This document shows, piece after piece, positions 1-11,500 of a DNA stretch of 64,000 bases (within the stretch, counting starts at the first letter, position 1; every line of letters begins with the position of its first letter). Where the stretch lies: positions 4,800,001-4,864,000 of the forward strand of contig OZ240245.1 of assembly GCA_965198175.1 (NCBI GenBank). Direction: 5' to 3'. This DNA is from Candidatus Poribacteria bacterium. Its GTDB lineage: Bacteria > Poribacteria > WGA-4E > PCPOR2b. The notes under the pieces are model-generated. The model did no database searches and had not been told where the DNA came from. It saw nothing but the letters and a program-made list of their open reading frames with translations. Made by a program: the position numbers and the translations under genes.

Positions 1-252
1 ATTGTTGCTATCGCCCTTCAGGGCAGAAACGCAATTGAGCTTGTCCGTTTGCTCAACGGTGCAACAAACCCTACCGAATCTGAACCGGGCAGCATCCGAG
101 GCGATTTCTCAATTGACGTCACCCATAATATCGTACACGCTTCAGATTCCCCGAAGGATGCTCAACGGGAGTTGGAAGTTTTGTTCGATTCAAGCGAACT
201 CTTTGTATATCAGCGAATCGACGAGGCAATCCTTTATAGTTCGAGAATGTAA
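1..252 (+). CDS. ndk: Nucleoside diphosphate kinase (3' part, truncated by window start)
   Basis: Frame open from base 1; GATNP..PGSIRGDF..NIVHASDS motif with catalytic His. Confidence 0.95.
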   Translation: MVAIALQGRNAIELVRLLNGATNPTESEPGSIRGDFSIDVTHNIVHASDSPKDAQRELEVLFDSSELFVYQRIDEAILYSSRM

Positions 253-316
253 TTTTCCGAATTCAACGATTCTAGCCGAAGTATAGTCATAATCGGTACT
301 GAGTTCAAAACACAAT

Positions 317-1192
317 TCACAAAATCAAACCAACTTTGCGTAGACTCTGAAAGATGAATTCCTCAATCTGCACGCTATTATTAATATGAATATAGGTAAT
401 ACCCTGATTCAGACAGAAACCTTTCAAGCGATCGCAATAAGTATTGACTCGTTCGCTGTAGTTAGCAAGAGTTCGATCGCTAACTGTAATTTCTTTTTTC
501 TCTCCTGTTTCTGCATCTTCTAGACGCAATTCGCCTGAAAGTTTTGGGTGCAGCTCCTCATCACTTAGCAACTGAATGACAGTCAAATCAAACTTTCGAG
601 CTATGAGCTGCTTAAGCCCCAGTTCATAGCCATCTCTGTCTAAAAAATCTGAGATGACAATCGCAACACCAGTTTGTCTTGTACTAGCGCCAAAGTGTGT
701 CAAACATGACCCCAGATGGGTTTCTTGCGCTGCGGCTATTGCTTCGATCGCTCTGGAAACCTTCGGGTATTGGCTTTTCCCGTATGTGAGCGGTACAATT
801 GGAATTATCTGGCCAGAGAGAGTGATAATAGAAACTCGATCGAAATTTGCCAAACCAATATAACTCAAGGTGGCTGCAATTCGTTTGGCGCATTCCAGTT
901 TTGCGGGAGTCCCAAAACTCATCGACTTGCTATTATCAATAAAAATAAAGATTGAAAGGTCTTCATCAGCGCTGAACAACTTGATAAAGGGAAGATTCAA
1001 CCGAGCATAAACATTCCAGTCAATATGTCGCAAATCGTCCCCAAGTTCATAGGGACGGTAATCGACAAACTCGATGCCGACACCACGATTGAGGCTCCGT
1101 CGTTCACCTTTAGACTTGCCCCGGAACATCTTGTGAGAGCGAATTTGTAGACAATCCAGTTGTTTGAGAAATTTAACGTTTAAAAGTGACAT
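317..1192 (-). CDS. DUF58 family protein (MoxR-associated VWA-like)
   Basis: GIEFVDYRPYELGDDLRHIDWNVYAR, DNSKSM and VISDFLD motifs. Confidence 0.9.
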   Translation of the reverse strand: MSLLNVKFLKQLDCLQIRSHKMFRGKSKGERRSLNRGVGIEFVDYRPYELGDDLRHIDWNVYARLNLPFIKLFSADEDLSIFIFIDNSKSMSFGTPAKLECAKRIAATLSYIGLANFDRVSIITLSGQIIPIVPLTYGKSQYPKVSRAIEAIAAAQETHLGSCLTHFGASTRQTGVAIVISDFLDRDGYELGLKQLIARKFDLTVIQLLSDEELHPKLSGELRLEDAETGEKKEITVSDRTLANYSERVNTYCDRLKGFCLNQGITYIHINNSVQIEEFIFQSLRKVGLIL

Positions 1193-1467
1193 ACTCCCAA
1201 TATATTCAGATGTGCATTCGTAGTTCCGTCCTGCCCCGACAAGATGTATATCTTGATTTCATCCGGATATAGCAATTCTCTTTTTCGCGCTATGTTTTGG
1301 ATTCTCCGATTTTCACGATTTTTGGACTCCCGACTAAGAAATTCTTCGCTAGGCGTATTTTAGCAAACTTTTTCCCAAACCGCCATTTAAATCTCATCCT
1401 AACGCTGATGCTGTATCAGCAGCATTCTTCAGAGAGGTTGAACATCACATCCATGCTGAATTTTGGC

Positions 1468-1496
1468 TTGCAACTGCCCATAAAATGTGGTATATT
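1468..1496 (+). promoter_or_regulatory. Sigma70-type promoter for tRNA cluster
   Basis: TTGCAA-N17-TATATT with TG extension, just upstream of tRNA-Pro. Confidence 0.55.
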
Positions 1497-1513
1497 TAGT
1501 CTACTTTTGGAAT

Positions 1514-1590
<77 letters not shown>

Positions 1591-1629
1591 AATGAATCTA
1601 CAATAAACATGGGTCATAGACAGCTTAAG

Positions 1630-1718
1630 GGATGGGATACAGTACGGCAAGCGCGCTTGACAAGCGTGTTTCAATCTGAAGAATCGAAAGGTTAGAGGTT
1701 CAAATCTGTGCCCATCCA
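1630..1718 (+). pseudogene. Degenerate tRNA-like element
   Basis: Perfect 7-bp GGATGGG/CCCATCC acceptor-like stem, GGTTCAAATC T-loop, CGGCAAGCGCG shared with neighbouring tRNA-Pro; T stem mismatched. Confidence 0.5.
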
Positions 1719-1732
1719 ATGTTAATGTTATT

Positions 1733-1809
1733 GCGCCCGTAGCTCAGTTGGATAGAGCAACTGACTTCTAATCAGTAGGTCGCGGGTTCGAATCCTGCCG
1801 GGCGTGCCA
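1733..1809 (+). tRNA. tRNA-Arg(TCT)
   Basis: Cloverleaf, ACTGA-CT-TCT-AA-TCAGT, ends in CCA. Confidence 0.95.
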
Positions 1810-1816
1810 TGATGAT

Positions 1817-1893
1817 GGTGGATGTAGCTCAGTCGGTAGAGCACTTGACTGTGGATCAAGTGGTCGTGGGTTCAAATCCCATCATCCACCCCA
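1817..1893 (+). tRNA. tRNA-His(GTG)
   Basis: G-1, CTTGA-CT-GTG-GA-TCAAG, C discriminator then CCA. Confidence 0.95.
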
Positions 1894-1952
1894 TTTTTTC
1901 TGTTGAAGATTGAAAGTGGAGTGCCGTCTGCTAATCTTTGATATGGTGAGTG

Positions 1953-2023
1953 GCGCCCGTAGCTCAATCTGGATAGAGCAATAGACTTCGGATCTGATGG
2001 GGGTTCGAGTCCCTCTGGACGCA
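1953..2023 (+). tRNA. tRNA-Arg(TCG), structurally defective (possible pseudogene)
   Basis: D arm and T arm intact, CT-TCG-GA loop; variable loop almost absent and C:A mismatch in acceptor stem. Confidence 0.7.
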
Positions 2024-2034
2024 TTGTTGTCTTT

Positions 2035-2107
2035 GCGCCGTTAGCTCAATTGGCAGAGCATCTGACTCTTAATCAGGCGGTTGAAGGTTCGATTCCTTCA
2101 CGGCGCA
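2035..2107 (+). tRNA. tRNA-Lys(CTT)
   Basis: GCGCCGT/ACGGCGC stem, TCTGA-CT-CTT-AA-TCAGG. Confidence 0.95.
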
Positions 2108-2117
2108 TCACGAGTAT

Positions 2118-2201
2118 GGGCGGGTGTTGAAATTGGCAGACAAGATAGACTTAGGATCTATTGGGGTTACTCCCGTGAGGGTTCGAGTCCCTCCTCGCCC
2201 A
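2118..2201 (+). tRNA. tRNA-Leu(TAG)
   Basis: ATAGA-CT-TAG-GA-TCTAT, long variable arm, GGTTCGAGTCCC. Confidence 0.95.
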
Positions 2202-2237
2202 TCTCTCACATCTTTAGGATATAGGCTGGAGATTTAG

Positions 2238-3545
2238 TTGAAGGTTGCAGTAGAAAAGCTGGGAAATAATCAAATGTGCCTGCGGATAGAAATTTCCGCT
2301 GAAGAGATCAATGAAGAACTTGAACGCACTTATCGGGCGTTACGAACGAAAGTTTCCGTTCCCGGCTTTCGGAGAGGAAGGGTTCCTTCTAGTATCCTTA
2401 AAGCGCGTTTCGCTGAATATATTAAATCTGAATCCCTTCAAAATCTTGTCCCACCCGCCTACGAACAAGCGTTAGACTCTGAGAAGCTTACTCCCCTTAA
2501 CAGCCCTGAAATTTCGCCACCGCTTGATCAAATAGAGATTGAGGAGGGTAAGCCGATTGTTTTTGAAGCCACTATTGATATTCAACCCGATCTCGTCCTT
2601 CCTAACTACGAAGAGTTGATTATAGATAAAACCCCGGCGAATGTGCCACGAGATGAAGTTGAGGCGTATATCCGCAAATTACAAGCGCAGCATGCTACCT
2701 TTGTGCCGCTTGAGGTGAATCGGCCTGTTCAGATAGGAGATTCTGTCAGGGTTGACTGGGAATGTTTTGTTGACGGGCAGCCGATTAAAGATGGAGCCAA
2801 GCAAGATGTGGATGTTGAAATCGGACGGGGTACCCTTTTGCCCGAAATCGAGGAGGCACTCATCGACATGTCTGTTGGAAGTTCCAAGAAAATCGGGGTT
2901 GACTTTGAGCAGACCGCAGCAAATTCAGAACTCGCTGGCAAACGAGCGGTGTTCCATCTGACATTACATGCACTTACGGAAAAGCACCTTCCTGCGCTTG
3001 ATGACGAATTCGCCAAAGATTTGGAATATGAAAATTATGACCAACTCTATGGTGCAATTTGGAACAACCTCGTAGAAGAACAGAAGGGTATTATATACCA
3101 ACGTCAGCGGGATGAAGTCCTTCAGCAGTTAATTGAGAAAGCTGGGATCGATCTTCCTGAGTCATTAATCGACCGGCACGTACAGCAGATGACTCAGAAT
3201 ATTCAAGGACAATTGAGAACTGAAGGTAAAACGCCAGAGCAGGCGGGAGTGGATATGGAAAAACTTCCATCAGAACTTCGTGGAGATGCGATTCGGCAAA
3301 TTAAACAAGCGTGGATTTTTGATACTATTGCTGAAGAAGAAAATATCGGTGTGACGGATGACGAATTAGATATAGAAATTCGGCTTATTGCAGAACGACA
3401 AAACCGAGACTCTCAAAAATACGCCAGTTTGCTAAAGGTGAGCAATCGCTTGGAAGAATTCAGAGAGCAGCTACGGAATGAAAAGATATATGCATTCCTT
3501 ATTCAGCAGGCTTCCGCGAAGCAGTCCTTGATCATCCCTTCGTAA
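2238..3545 (+). CDS. tig: Trigger factor
   Basis: VPGFRRGRVP ribosome-binding signature, FKBP domain, position before clpP. Confidence 0.95.
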   Translation: MKVAVEKLGNNQMCLRIEISAEEINEELERTYRALRTKVSVPGFRRGRVPSSILKARFAEYIKSESLQNLVPPAYEQALDSEKLTPLNSPEISPPLDQIEIEEGKPIVFEATIDIQPDLVLPNYEELIIDKTPANVPRDEVEAYIRKLQAQHATFVPLEVNRPVQIGDSVRVDWECFVDGQPIKDGAKQDVDVEIGRGTLLPEIEEALIDMSVGSSKKIGVDFEQTAANSELAGKRAVFHLTLHALTEKHLPALDDEFAKDLEYENYDQLYGAIWNNLVEEQKGIIYQRQRDEVLQQLIEKAGIDLPESLIDRHVQQMTQNIQGQLRTEGKTPEQAGVDMEKLPSELRGDAIRQIKQAWIFDTIAEEENIGVTDDELDIEIRLIAERQNRDSQKYASLLKVSNRLEEFREQLRNEKIYAFLIQQASAKQSLIIPS

Positions 3546-3591
3546 TATAATTTGCGTGCTTTCGTCACATCCTGAATTATGAGGAGCACCG

Positions 3592-4203
3592 ATGAACCTT
3601 GTTCCTATTGTTGTGGAACAAACTAGTCGTGGTGAACGATCCTATGATATTTACTCACGGTTACTTAAGGATCGGATTATTATGGCTGGAGCGGCAATTG
3701 ATGATGCTGTTGCAAACAGTATCATTGCCCAGATGCTCTTTTTGGAGAGTGACAATCCAGATGCGGACATCGTGCTTTATGTCAATACGCTAGGAGGTTC
3801 TGTATCAGCGGGATTGGCTATCTATGACACCATGCAATATATCAGACCTGATATTCAGACATGGTGCGTCGGTCAAGCCTACAGCATGGGTGCTATTCTA
3901 CTAGCTGGCGGCGCCGCTGGTAAACGGTACGCTCTGCCTCATTCCACAGTTTTAATTCACCAACCCATTATAAGTGGCGTTGGCGGACAGGCCTCTGACA
4001 TTGATATTCAGGCGAAAGAAATCCTTCGCATCCGGGAAGAGTTGTATGCTATATTAGCGAAGCATACGGGGCAATCCGACGATAAAATTCAAGCAGATGC
4101 AGACCGGGATTTTTTTATGACTGCCCAACAAGCGCTTAAATACGGCATCGTGGATAACGTTGTTTCTCGCCGAGTAACTCAGGTGCAGAAGGATGAAGCG
4201 TGA
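3592..4203 (+). CDS. clpP: ATP-dependent Clp protease proteolytic subunit
   Basis: [16 protein letters not shown], catalytic Ser (AYSMG), His (IHQP), Asp (DRDFF). Confidence 0.97.
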   Translation: MNLVPIVVEQTSRGERSYDIYSRLLKDRIIMAGAAIDDAVANSIIAQMLFLESDNPDADIVLYVNTLGGSVSAGLAIYDTMQYIRPDIQTWCVGQAYSMGAILLAGGAAGKRYALPHSTVLIHQPIISGVGGQASDIDIQAKEILRIREELYAILAKHTGQSDDKIQADADRDFFMTAQQALKYGIVDNVVSRRVTQVQKDEA

Positions 4204-4447
4204 GATGTGATAATGAAATTACTGATTTGACCTGTCTCTGTATTGGCTGTTGAACTTATTTTCTATAATCTCTTGGCTCAGTTAAAGCAAAGTGCTAATT
4301 TATTGGAAGGTCGAGGCCGCCAGCCAATACAAGTTCTGGGGTTTAGTATGAAACTTGCCTGCCCAAACCGCGCCGAATCCCTGTTTGAACTAATCTTTGG
4401 CATGAGCTATTCCCCTTTATACTAGTCACCAACTCTTGGAGAATCTT

Positions 4448-5716
4448 ATGTCTAGTAATCGTGAAGACAATTTACGGTGTTCTTTTTGCAACAAAAGCAA
4501 AGATGATGTAAGACGGCTAATTGTAGGCTTAAACACAGTATACATTTGTGACGAATGTGTTGAGGTATGTCACGATATTATCACAGATGACGATGAAGAA
4601 GAACATGCCGATGAATCTTCAGCTCTTTCCGATGGAATTTCTCTCCCTCACCCGTCTGAAATTAAAACAAAGCTCGATGAGTATGTGATTGGTCAAGAAA
4701 AAGCAAAAAAGATTTTAGCTGTTGCTGTCTATAATCACTACAAAAGATTGAAATTTGAAAAAAATCCAGTTGGCGTAGATTTAGACAAAAGCAATATTCT
4801 GCTGATGGGACCGACAGGAACGGGAAAGACTCTTCTGGCTCAAACGTTGGCTCGGATATTGAATGTGCCTTTCGCGATTACTGACGCGACAACCCTGACA
4901 GAAGCGGGATACGTAGGTGAGGATGTTGAGAATATTGTCTTGAAGCTTCTACAGGCAGCAGACGGCGATGTTGAGCGAGCTGAAACTGGTATTATTTACA
5001 TTGACGAGATTGACAAGATTAGTCGAAAATTCGAAAATCCTTCCATTACGCGAGATGTTTCGGGCGAAGGTGTCCAACAAGCATTATTGAAGATTTTGGA
5101 GGGCAAAACAGCCAATGTGCCTCCACAAGGGGGACGGAAACATCCACACCAAGAATATATTGAAGTAGATACCTCGAAAATTCTATTTATATGTGGCGGC
5201 ACGTTTATTGGACTCGAAAAAATTGTCCAGGAGCGCATTGGCAAGCAAATGATGGGCTTCGGTTCAGAAGTCCAAGCGAAGCGTGAGAGTAAAGTCCACG
5301 AACTTCTTGAGCAAGCAATCTCCAAAGATTTGATAAAATATGGCTTTATCCCGGAGTTCATTGGACGTCTGCCTATAACTGCAACACTTCACGAGTTAGA
5401 TGAACCTGCATTAATTCAAATTTTAACTGAACCCCAAAATGCCGTTGTAAAACAGTACTGCCAGCTTTTTAGTTATGAAGACGTTAACCTTCAGGTGACA
5501 GAGGAAGGACTTGCCGCTATTGCTCAAGAGGTTATTAGGCGTGAGACGGGGGCAAGAGGATTAAGGGCAATCATGGAAAGTATTATGTTAGATACGATGT
5601 ATGAAATCCCAGCTCTGAAAGGTGTCCGGGAATGTATCATCACAGCGGATTCTGTCTTGAAGGGCAAACCGCCTTTGTTGGTTTATGAGGATGACCGGAA
5701 AGTGTTGAGTGCCTGA
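4448..5716 (+). CDS. clpX: ATP-dependent Clp protease ATP-binding subunit ClpX
   Basis: CSFC/CDEC Zn finger, [29 protein letters not shown] at 4448 after GGAG. Confidence 0.97.
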   Translation: MSSNREDNLRCSFCNKSKDDVRRLIVGLNTVYICDECVEVCHDIITDDDEEEHADESSALSDGISLPHPSEIKTKLDEYVIGQEKAKKILAVAVYNHYKRLKFEKNPVGVDLDKSNILLMGPTGTGKTLLAQTLARILNVPFAITDATTLTEAGYVGEDVENIVLKLLQAADGDVERAETGIIYIDEIDKISRKFENPSITRDVSGEGVQQALLKILEGKTANVPPQGGRKHPHQEYIEVDTSKILFICGGTFIGLEKIVQERIGKQMMGFGSEVQAKRESKVHELLEQAISKDLIKYGFIPEFIGRLPITATLHELDEPALIQILTEPQNAVVKQYCQLFSYEDVNLQVTEEGLAAIAQEVIRRETGARGLRAIMESIMLDTMYEIPALKGVRECIITADSVLKGKPPLLVYEDDRKVLSA

Positions 5717-5753
5717 TATAACAAACAATTGATGATTAACAAGGAGTCAAAGT

Positions 5754-8204
5754 ATGGATCCGAATCTAATCACAGACCATCAGATAGATGAAAGTGGTAT
5801 TCTACCGGTTATTCCTTTACCTGGTAAGGGTGTCATTTTTCCACGACATAATCAACCGCTCGTTGTGATTCGCAAGATGGGAGTTTTGGCGGCGACGAAT
5901 GCTTTACATACAGGTTCGTTGGTCCTTTTACTCAATCAGAAGGACAAGGAAAAAGAGGAACCTGCCCCTGAGGATTTTTATCGAGTCGGAACAGTCGCAA
6001 GCATCGCCGAATCTTATGACCCCCATGATGGAACAATTCGGATTGCAATCGTCGGAGAAAATCGGGCAATTGTCCTTCGATGCTTTGAAAAAGACGGATT
6101 TCTTCAAGCGGAAATCAAAATTATACGCGAGGCGTCGGATAAGTCGAAAGAGGCTAAGTCGCTAATGAAAATAGCGATTAACACTTTTGAAAAATATATC
6201 AAGGCAAACCGGCAGCAAATTTCCTCTGAATCCTTGATTGTTCTTCGGAAAGAAGAGGAACCCGGCAATCTAGCAGATTCAATTGCCATGTTCGTTAGCC
6301 CTAACGTAGAGTCAGAGAAATTACAACGTATCCTGGACGAGACAAATCCCATTAAACGCTTACAGGTAGTCATCGAACTTCTTGAAGAAGAATTAGATTT
6401 GATCGAGCTGGAAGAGAAACTCAATCATCAAGTACGGAAATCGGTTGAAAAAACCCATCGAGAGTTCTACCTCCACGAGAAGATGAAGGCAATCCAAAAA
6501 GAACTCGGCAGAGGAGGAGACGATTTTGCTGAAATCGAGGAACTGCGCGAACAGATAAAGGCAGCCGGCATGAACGAAGAGGCCGAGGAGAAAGCGATCA
6601 AGGAGGTCGATCGGCTTCAACAGGTGCCGCCGATGTCCGCCGAAGCTGGCGTCATCCGAACTTATATCGACTGGCTTCTGGCAATGCCTTGGAGTAAACG
6701 AACGGAGGGCAAAATCGGGCTTGATGAAGCAGAGCAGATGTTAGAAGAAGATCATTACGGCCTCGAAAAACCCAAAGAACGGATCCTTGAATTTCTTGCT
6801 GTTCTCAAATTGGTTGATAAACTCAAAGGGCCGATTCTCTGTTTTGTCGGCCCGCCCGGCGTTGGCAAAACTTCGTTGGGGAAATCGATCGCCCGCGCAA
6901 CGGACCGGAACTTTATCCGTATGTCTCTGGGAGGGGTTCGTGATGAAGCCGAAATTCGTGGACACCGCCGGACATATATCGGCGCTTTACCCGGTCGAGT
7001 TGTTCAAGGTTTACGAGATGCCAAATCAAGAAATCCGCTTTTTCTTTTGGATGAAATTGATAAAATGAGTATGGACTTTCGAGGCGATCCCGCTTCTGCG
7101 CTATTGGAAGTGCTTGACCCTGAACAGAACGACACCTTCCGGGATCACTACCTTGATGTTCAATTTGACCTGTCTGAAGTGATGTTTATAACGACGGCCA
7201 ATACGCGAGTGACCATTCCAGCACCTTTGCAAGATCGTATGGAAATCATTGAGTTACCTGGATACACAGAGTATGAAAAACACAAAATTGCTAGTCTGTT
7301 CCTCGTTCCGAAACAACTCAAAGCCCATGGTCTGAAGGAGAAATCCATTCAATTCTCAGATGAATCCATTTTTGGGACCATACATAAATATACGCGTGAG
7401 GCTGGCGTTCGAAATTTGGAACGGGAAATCACGGGCATCTGTCGCAAAGTTGCGAAGAAAATTGTGAAAGATGGAAACGAGAACGCACAAATCCAGATTG
7501 ATGTTGACAATCTCGGTGAGTATCTGGGACCTCCAAAATTTACGCGTGGAAAAGCAGAAGAACACGACGAAGTTGGCGTTGCGACCGGGATGGTCTACAC
7601 GCCGGTAGGCGGGGATATCATTGGCATTGAAGTTACTACCATGCGAGGGGACGGCGAATTGGCTTTGACAGGCCAACTTGGGGACATTATGCGTGAATCA
7701 GCGCAGACCGCACTTGCTTATATTCGATCGTTCGCGGAATCGCTCGATGTGCCTCCTGATTTTGATTTCGAGAAAAATGACATCCATATCCACGTTCCCG
7801 AGGGGGCAGTTCCCAAAGAGGGACCTTCGGCGGGAATTACGCTTGCCACTGCGATGATTTCCGCACTGACCGGTAAAGAGGTTCGGAAAGATGTTGCGAT
7901 GACCGGAGAAATCACGTTGCGCGGACGCGTCCTGCCAATTGGAGGTCTGAAGGAAAAAGTTCTGGCAGCCCACAGAAATAGTATAACGAGTATCATTATC
8001 CCTGAGGATAACGACAAGGATCTCCCTGAAATTCCCGACGAAATTAGGAACAGCGTCCATTTTTACAAGGTCGATGGCATGATGGAAGTATTAGATGTAG
8101 CTCTGAAGCATGCTGATGCGCATGAACAAGCTGCACCACTAGATTTGGCTTTGAGGAAAACCGATGCGTCTAGACAAGTTTCTACAGGTAAGCCGCATCA
8201 TTAA
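5754..8204 (+). CDS. lon: Lon protease (endopeptidase La)
   Basis: GPPGVGKTS, HRRTYIGALPG, PKEGPSAG catalytic Ser, GGLKEK. Confidence 0.97.
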   Translation: MDPNLITDHQIDESGILPVIPLPGKGVIFPRHNQPLVVIRKMGVLAATNALHTGSLVLLLNQKDKEKEEPAPEDFYRVGTVASIAESYDPHDGTIRIAIVGENRAIVLRCFEKDGFLQAEIKIIREASDKSKEAKSLMKIAINTFEKYIKANRQQISSESLIVLRKEEEPGNLADSIAMFVSPNVESEKLQRILDETNPIKRLQVVIELLEEELDLIELEEKLNHQVRKSVEKTHREFYLHEKMKAIQKELGRGGDDFAEIEELREQIKAAGMNEEAEEKAIKEVDRLQQVPPMSAEAGVIRTYIDWLLAMPWSKRTEGKIGLDEAEQMLEEDHYGLEKPKERILEFLAVLKLVDKLKGPILCFVGPPGVGKTSLGKSIARATDRNFIRMSLGGVRDEAEIRGHRRTYIGALPGRVVQGLRDAKSRNPLFLLDEIDKMSMDFRGDPASALLEVLDPEQNDTFRDHYLDVQFDLSEVMFITTANTRVTIPAPLQDRMEIIELPGYTEYEKHKIASLFLVPKQLKAHGLKEKSIQFSDESIFGTIHKYTREAGVRNLEREITGICRKVAKKIVKDGNENAQIQIDVDNLGEYLGPPKFTRGKAEEHDEVGVATGMVYTPVGGDIIGIEVTTMRGDGELALTGQLGDIMRESAQTALAYIRSFAESLDVPPDFDFEKNDIHIHVPEGAVPKEGPSAGITLATAMISALTGKEVRKDVAMTGEITLRGRVLPIGGLKEKVLAAHRNSITSIIIPEDNDKDLPEIPDEIRNSVHFYKVDGMMEVLDVALKHADAHEQAAPLDLALRKTDASRQVSTGKPHH

Positions 8205-8433
8205 ACGTCGCACTGTTGTGACTAAACTTTGTCAGCATGGTCGGGTTCAGGTCAACGGACAAAAAGCCAAAGCCGGCAGAACGCTCGTAGTAGGTGATAT
8301 TCTATCGATTAGGATAGGCGAACAGGAGCCATCTGTATATGAAGTTATAAAGTTGCCATCTGGCGCCGTATCCAAAGAGAAAGCTCCGGACCTTTATCAG
8401 AATATCTCTGCGCCACCGCGTGGAAATGCATGA
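8164..8433 (+). CDS. S4 RNA-binding domain protein (YabO/RqcP/Hsp15-like)
   Basis: MRLDKFLQVSRIIKRR..GRVQVNG..AKAG..VGD. Confidence 0.88.
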   Translation: MRLDKFLQVSRIIKRRTVVTKLCQHGRVQVNGQKAKAGRTLVVGDILSIRIGEQEPSVYEVIKLPSGAVSKEKAPDLYQNISAPPRGNA

Positions 8434-8581
8434 AAGTTCTTATATTGCGCTTCAGCTCTTAGTTTTTAGGCGCTGCACATCAACGCAAACCACCTGCCTC
8501 TTTGACTGCCCCCTTATTCCTCGCCGAGGTTCCCCATCATATCTTGGTTGAAATCGATCATTATGCCATTGAGGAAATCAA

Positions 8582-11500
8582 ATGTGTAAGTGGGAAAATC
8601 GAGAAATGAGGAAGTCCCACCACTTTCCGGATGAGTATTGCAGGACAACCCCCGTGCTACAAATCTCCATCCGCTCCGCCCCCTCTTATTGGCTTTTCCT
8701 AGCGTTTTCCCTTGTATATTTCCTTATTCTGACGCCTTGCCTCGCCGAGTCACCGCTGCAAATCGTTTATGCCAATGCAGATAGCCTTATCCTCAAATTT
8801 CGCCTGCCACCCTTGCAATTTAATGAAAGAGAAGTTGAAGGACGCCCCTTTGCGGAAATCACCTTTGAAAGTGCAGTGCTCAGTATGGAGATTGGACGTC
8901 CCCGCTTACCCGTCTATATGCAACTGATTGGTATTCCTGGTGGCGCCTCACCTTATGCCAGTATTTTGAGTTCTCAATCTGAGATACGCCAATCGAAGCC
9001 TATTGTCCCAGCCCAGCGACCGACGCTTAACCATCAACAATCGGCAATCGATATGGATACCAGTTTTTATCAGCGAAGAAACACCTTTCACCCGGTCAAA
9101 CTCGTCGAAGTTGTCCCACTCGGATTTATCCGGGAGCAGCGCGTTGCTCGACTACAGATTCAACCAGTTCAGTATAATCCCGTAAGCGGGCAACTCAAAA
9201 TCTATAACCAGTTACAAGTTCGGATCGATTTCCATCTCCCTCGTTCTGCGCCGGTTGCCCCGATGGCTCCCGCCGCAAATCAATTTAACACTTCTGCCTC
9301 CCAACCCTTTGAGCAACTCTTTCAGAAAAACTTGCTTAACTACGATCAGGCAAAGGTATGGCGGCAGTATTCGAGCCGTTTGGAGCGAAGTGCTTTGGCG
9401 GCCCCGGCGGCTCAGAGCAGTCCTCAAAAGAGATACAAAATCCCAATTACTCGGACAGACCTTTACGAAGTGACTTATAATACCCTCAAGCGAATTGGGG
9501 CAGATGCCGCATCAATCGATCCCGATACAGTCACGATGGAGAATGGTGGAAGACGGGTTGGCGTTTATATCTTCGACAGAGACGACAATGGAAAATTTAA
9601 TTTGGGTGATTCGATTGTTTTTTACGGACAAGCACTCATTGGCAATAAGTTTACCAATGAGAACATCTACTGGCTTTTTTGGGGGGGCGCTAGCGGCTCG
9701 CGAGTGGGTGAACAAGATGTAGTTCCCAAAACGTCGGATGCACCTATTCCCATTGCTTTTAAAAAGACAGAACATTTTGAAAAAGATTACCTGCACGATG
9801 CGCTCGTTGATGTCAAATCCGAGTTAGCGGATCACTATTTCTGGCAGGGGCTGACAAACCAAAATCAAAATAGAACCCTCAGCCAGAAAACTTTCCGAAT
9901 TGATGTTCCTCGTGCTATGCCACGCGGAGACATTCAGCGGAATGCACAACTTCGCATCAGGTTGCAGGGCGCAGAAACAAAAAATAACGCTGAACACCGT
10001 GCTCGCATTATGTTCAACAAAATACAACAGGGACGGGTGGCTGAATGGAGGAAACAAGCCGCTCCAATAATTGTCCGCGATGTTAAGCAGCGCGAATTTA
10101 TCCATCGAGATACACCCAATTTCTTAACCATTATCGCTGAGGACAAACCACCTAGCCCTCCCCGGGAAAATAATTTTGATTTTTACTTAGATTGGTTTGA
10201 ATTGGACTATTGGCATGCTTTTGAGGCATCGGGAGGAAGACTTGAATTCAATTCGGATACAGGACCGCGGGTACATGGAACCGTTCAATACCGGGTGAAG
10301 AATTTGCGCCGTTCAGCGGTTGACGTGTACAAGATTATTGGCGGGAGCATCGTTTCGAAGCTTGTGAATGGACAAGTAAATCAGACTGGCACAAGTCATG
10401 AACTGATTTTTGAGGACAACCTCACCCAACCGTCAAGTTACTTTGTAGTTGAAAAAGGCCGCTATTCGCGGCTAACCCGAATCTTGTCAGCCCAACCCTT
10501 TGCCTTGAGAAATCCCGCGAATCAAGCCGATTATATCATTATCTCTCACAAGGATTTTATTGAGAACGTCCAACCACTTGTTGAGTTTCGGCAATCGCAA
10601 GGGTGGTCGTTAATGGTCGTTGATGTTGAAACGATTTACGACCAGTTTAGTAACGGGATTTTTAACCCCCTAGCAATTCAGAAATTCCTGCGGTACGCCT
10701 ACACCAGTTGGCAAAAACCTGCACCTACCTATGTCCTGCTAGTTGGGGACGCCCATTGGGACCATAAGAGTGCAACTGTCGAGGCGTTTCGGTTGGATGG
10801 GAAAAGCTACGATCTCTACCCAATCTTTGTACCGACGCTTTACGGATGGTCGTCGCATAGTGGAGAAACCGCCATGGACCACCGTTTTGTCACAATCAGC
10901 GGGGATGATACACTACCGGACATGTTTATTGGGCGTTTATCCGTCCAGCACCCGCATGAATTAAGTGACATGATCAGAAAGATTGTCGATTACGAAGACA
11001 AACCTCAAGCGGGTCCTTGGCAAGGGCGACTGATGCAGATTGCTGATAATAATGTGGATCATGCAACGGATGACATTTTCGAGCGCAGCCGTGAAGAACT
11101 CATTGAAGAGATTATACCCGTTGCTTATGATACACGGAAGATATACTTAGGGCAAATTGTGAGTCCGGAAGTTACCAAACGCACCATTCTAGATACATTT
11201 AATGACGGAGTGCTAATCGCCGAATATGCGGGGCATGGTGGGACACACACCTGGGCAGATGAGGGCATCTTCCGCATTGAGAATGCACAACAGTTGCAAA
11301 ACCAGCGTCTTCCATTCATAGTTACGACGACATGTCTCAACGGCCAATTCGATAAACCGCTGCCGTTTGGGCATCGTAGCTTGAGCGAGCAATTCATGAT
11401 GGGAAGGTACGGTGCGGTTGCTACCCTGAGTGCAACTCGTCAGACGTTCGGATCTGCCAATGCTATTTTCGATAAAGATCTTTTCAGCTCTATGTTCGAA

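Noticed and set aside
317..1192. DUF58 gene without adjacent MoxR ATPase
   Set aside because: Partner may lie elsewhere in the genome; not informative from this window
3781..3800. ClpP NTLGG in place of NSPGG
   Set aside because: Catalytic triad intact; likely a tolerated variant
4243..4425. 60-aa ORF between clpP and clpX
   Set aside because: TTG start, no RBS, no motif
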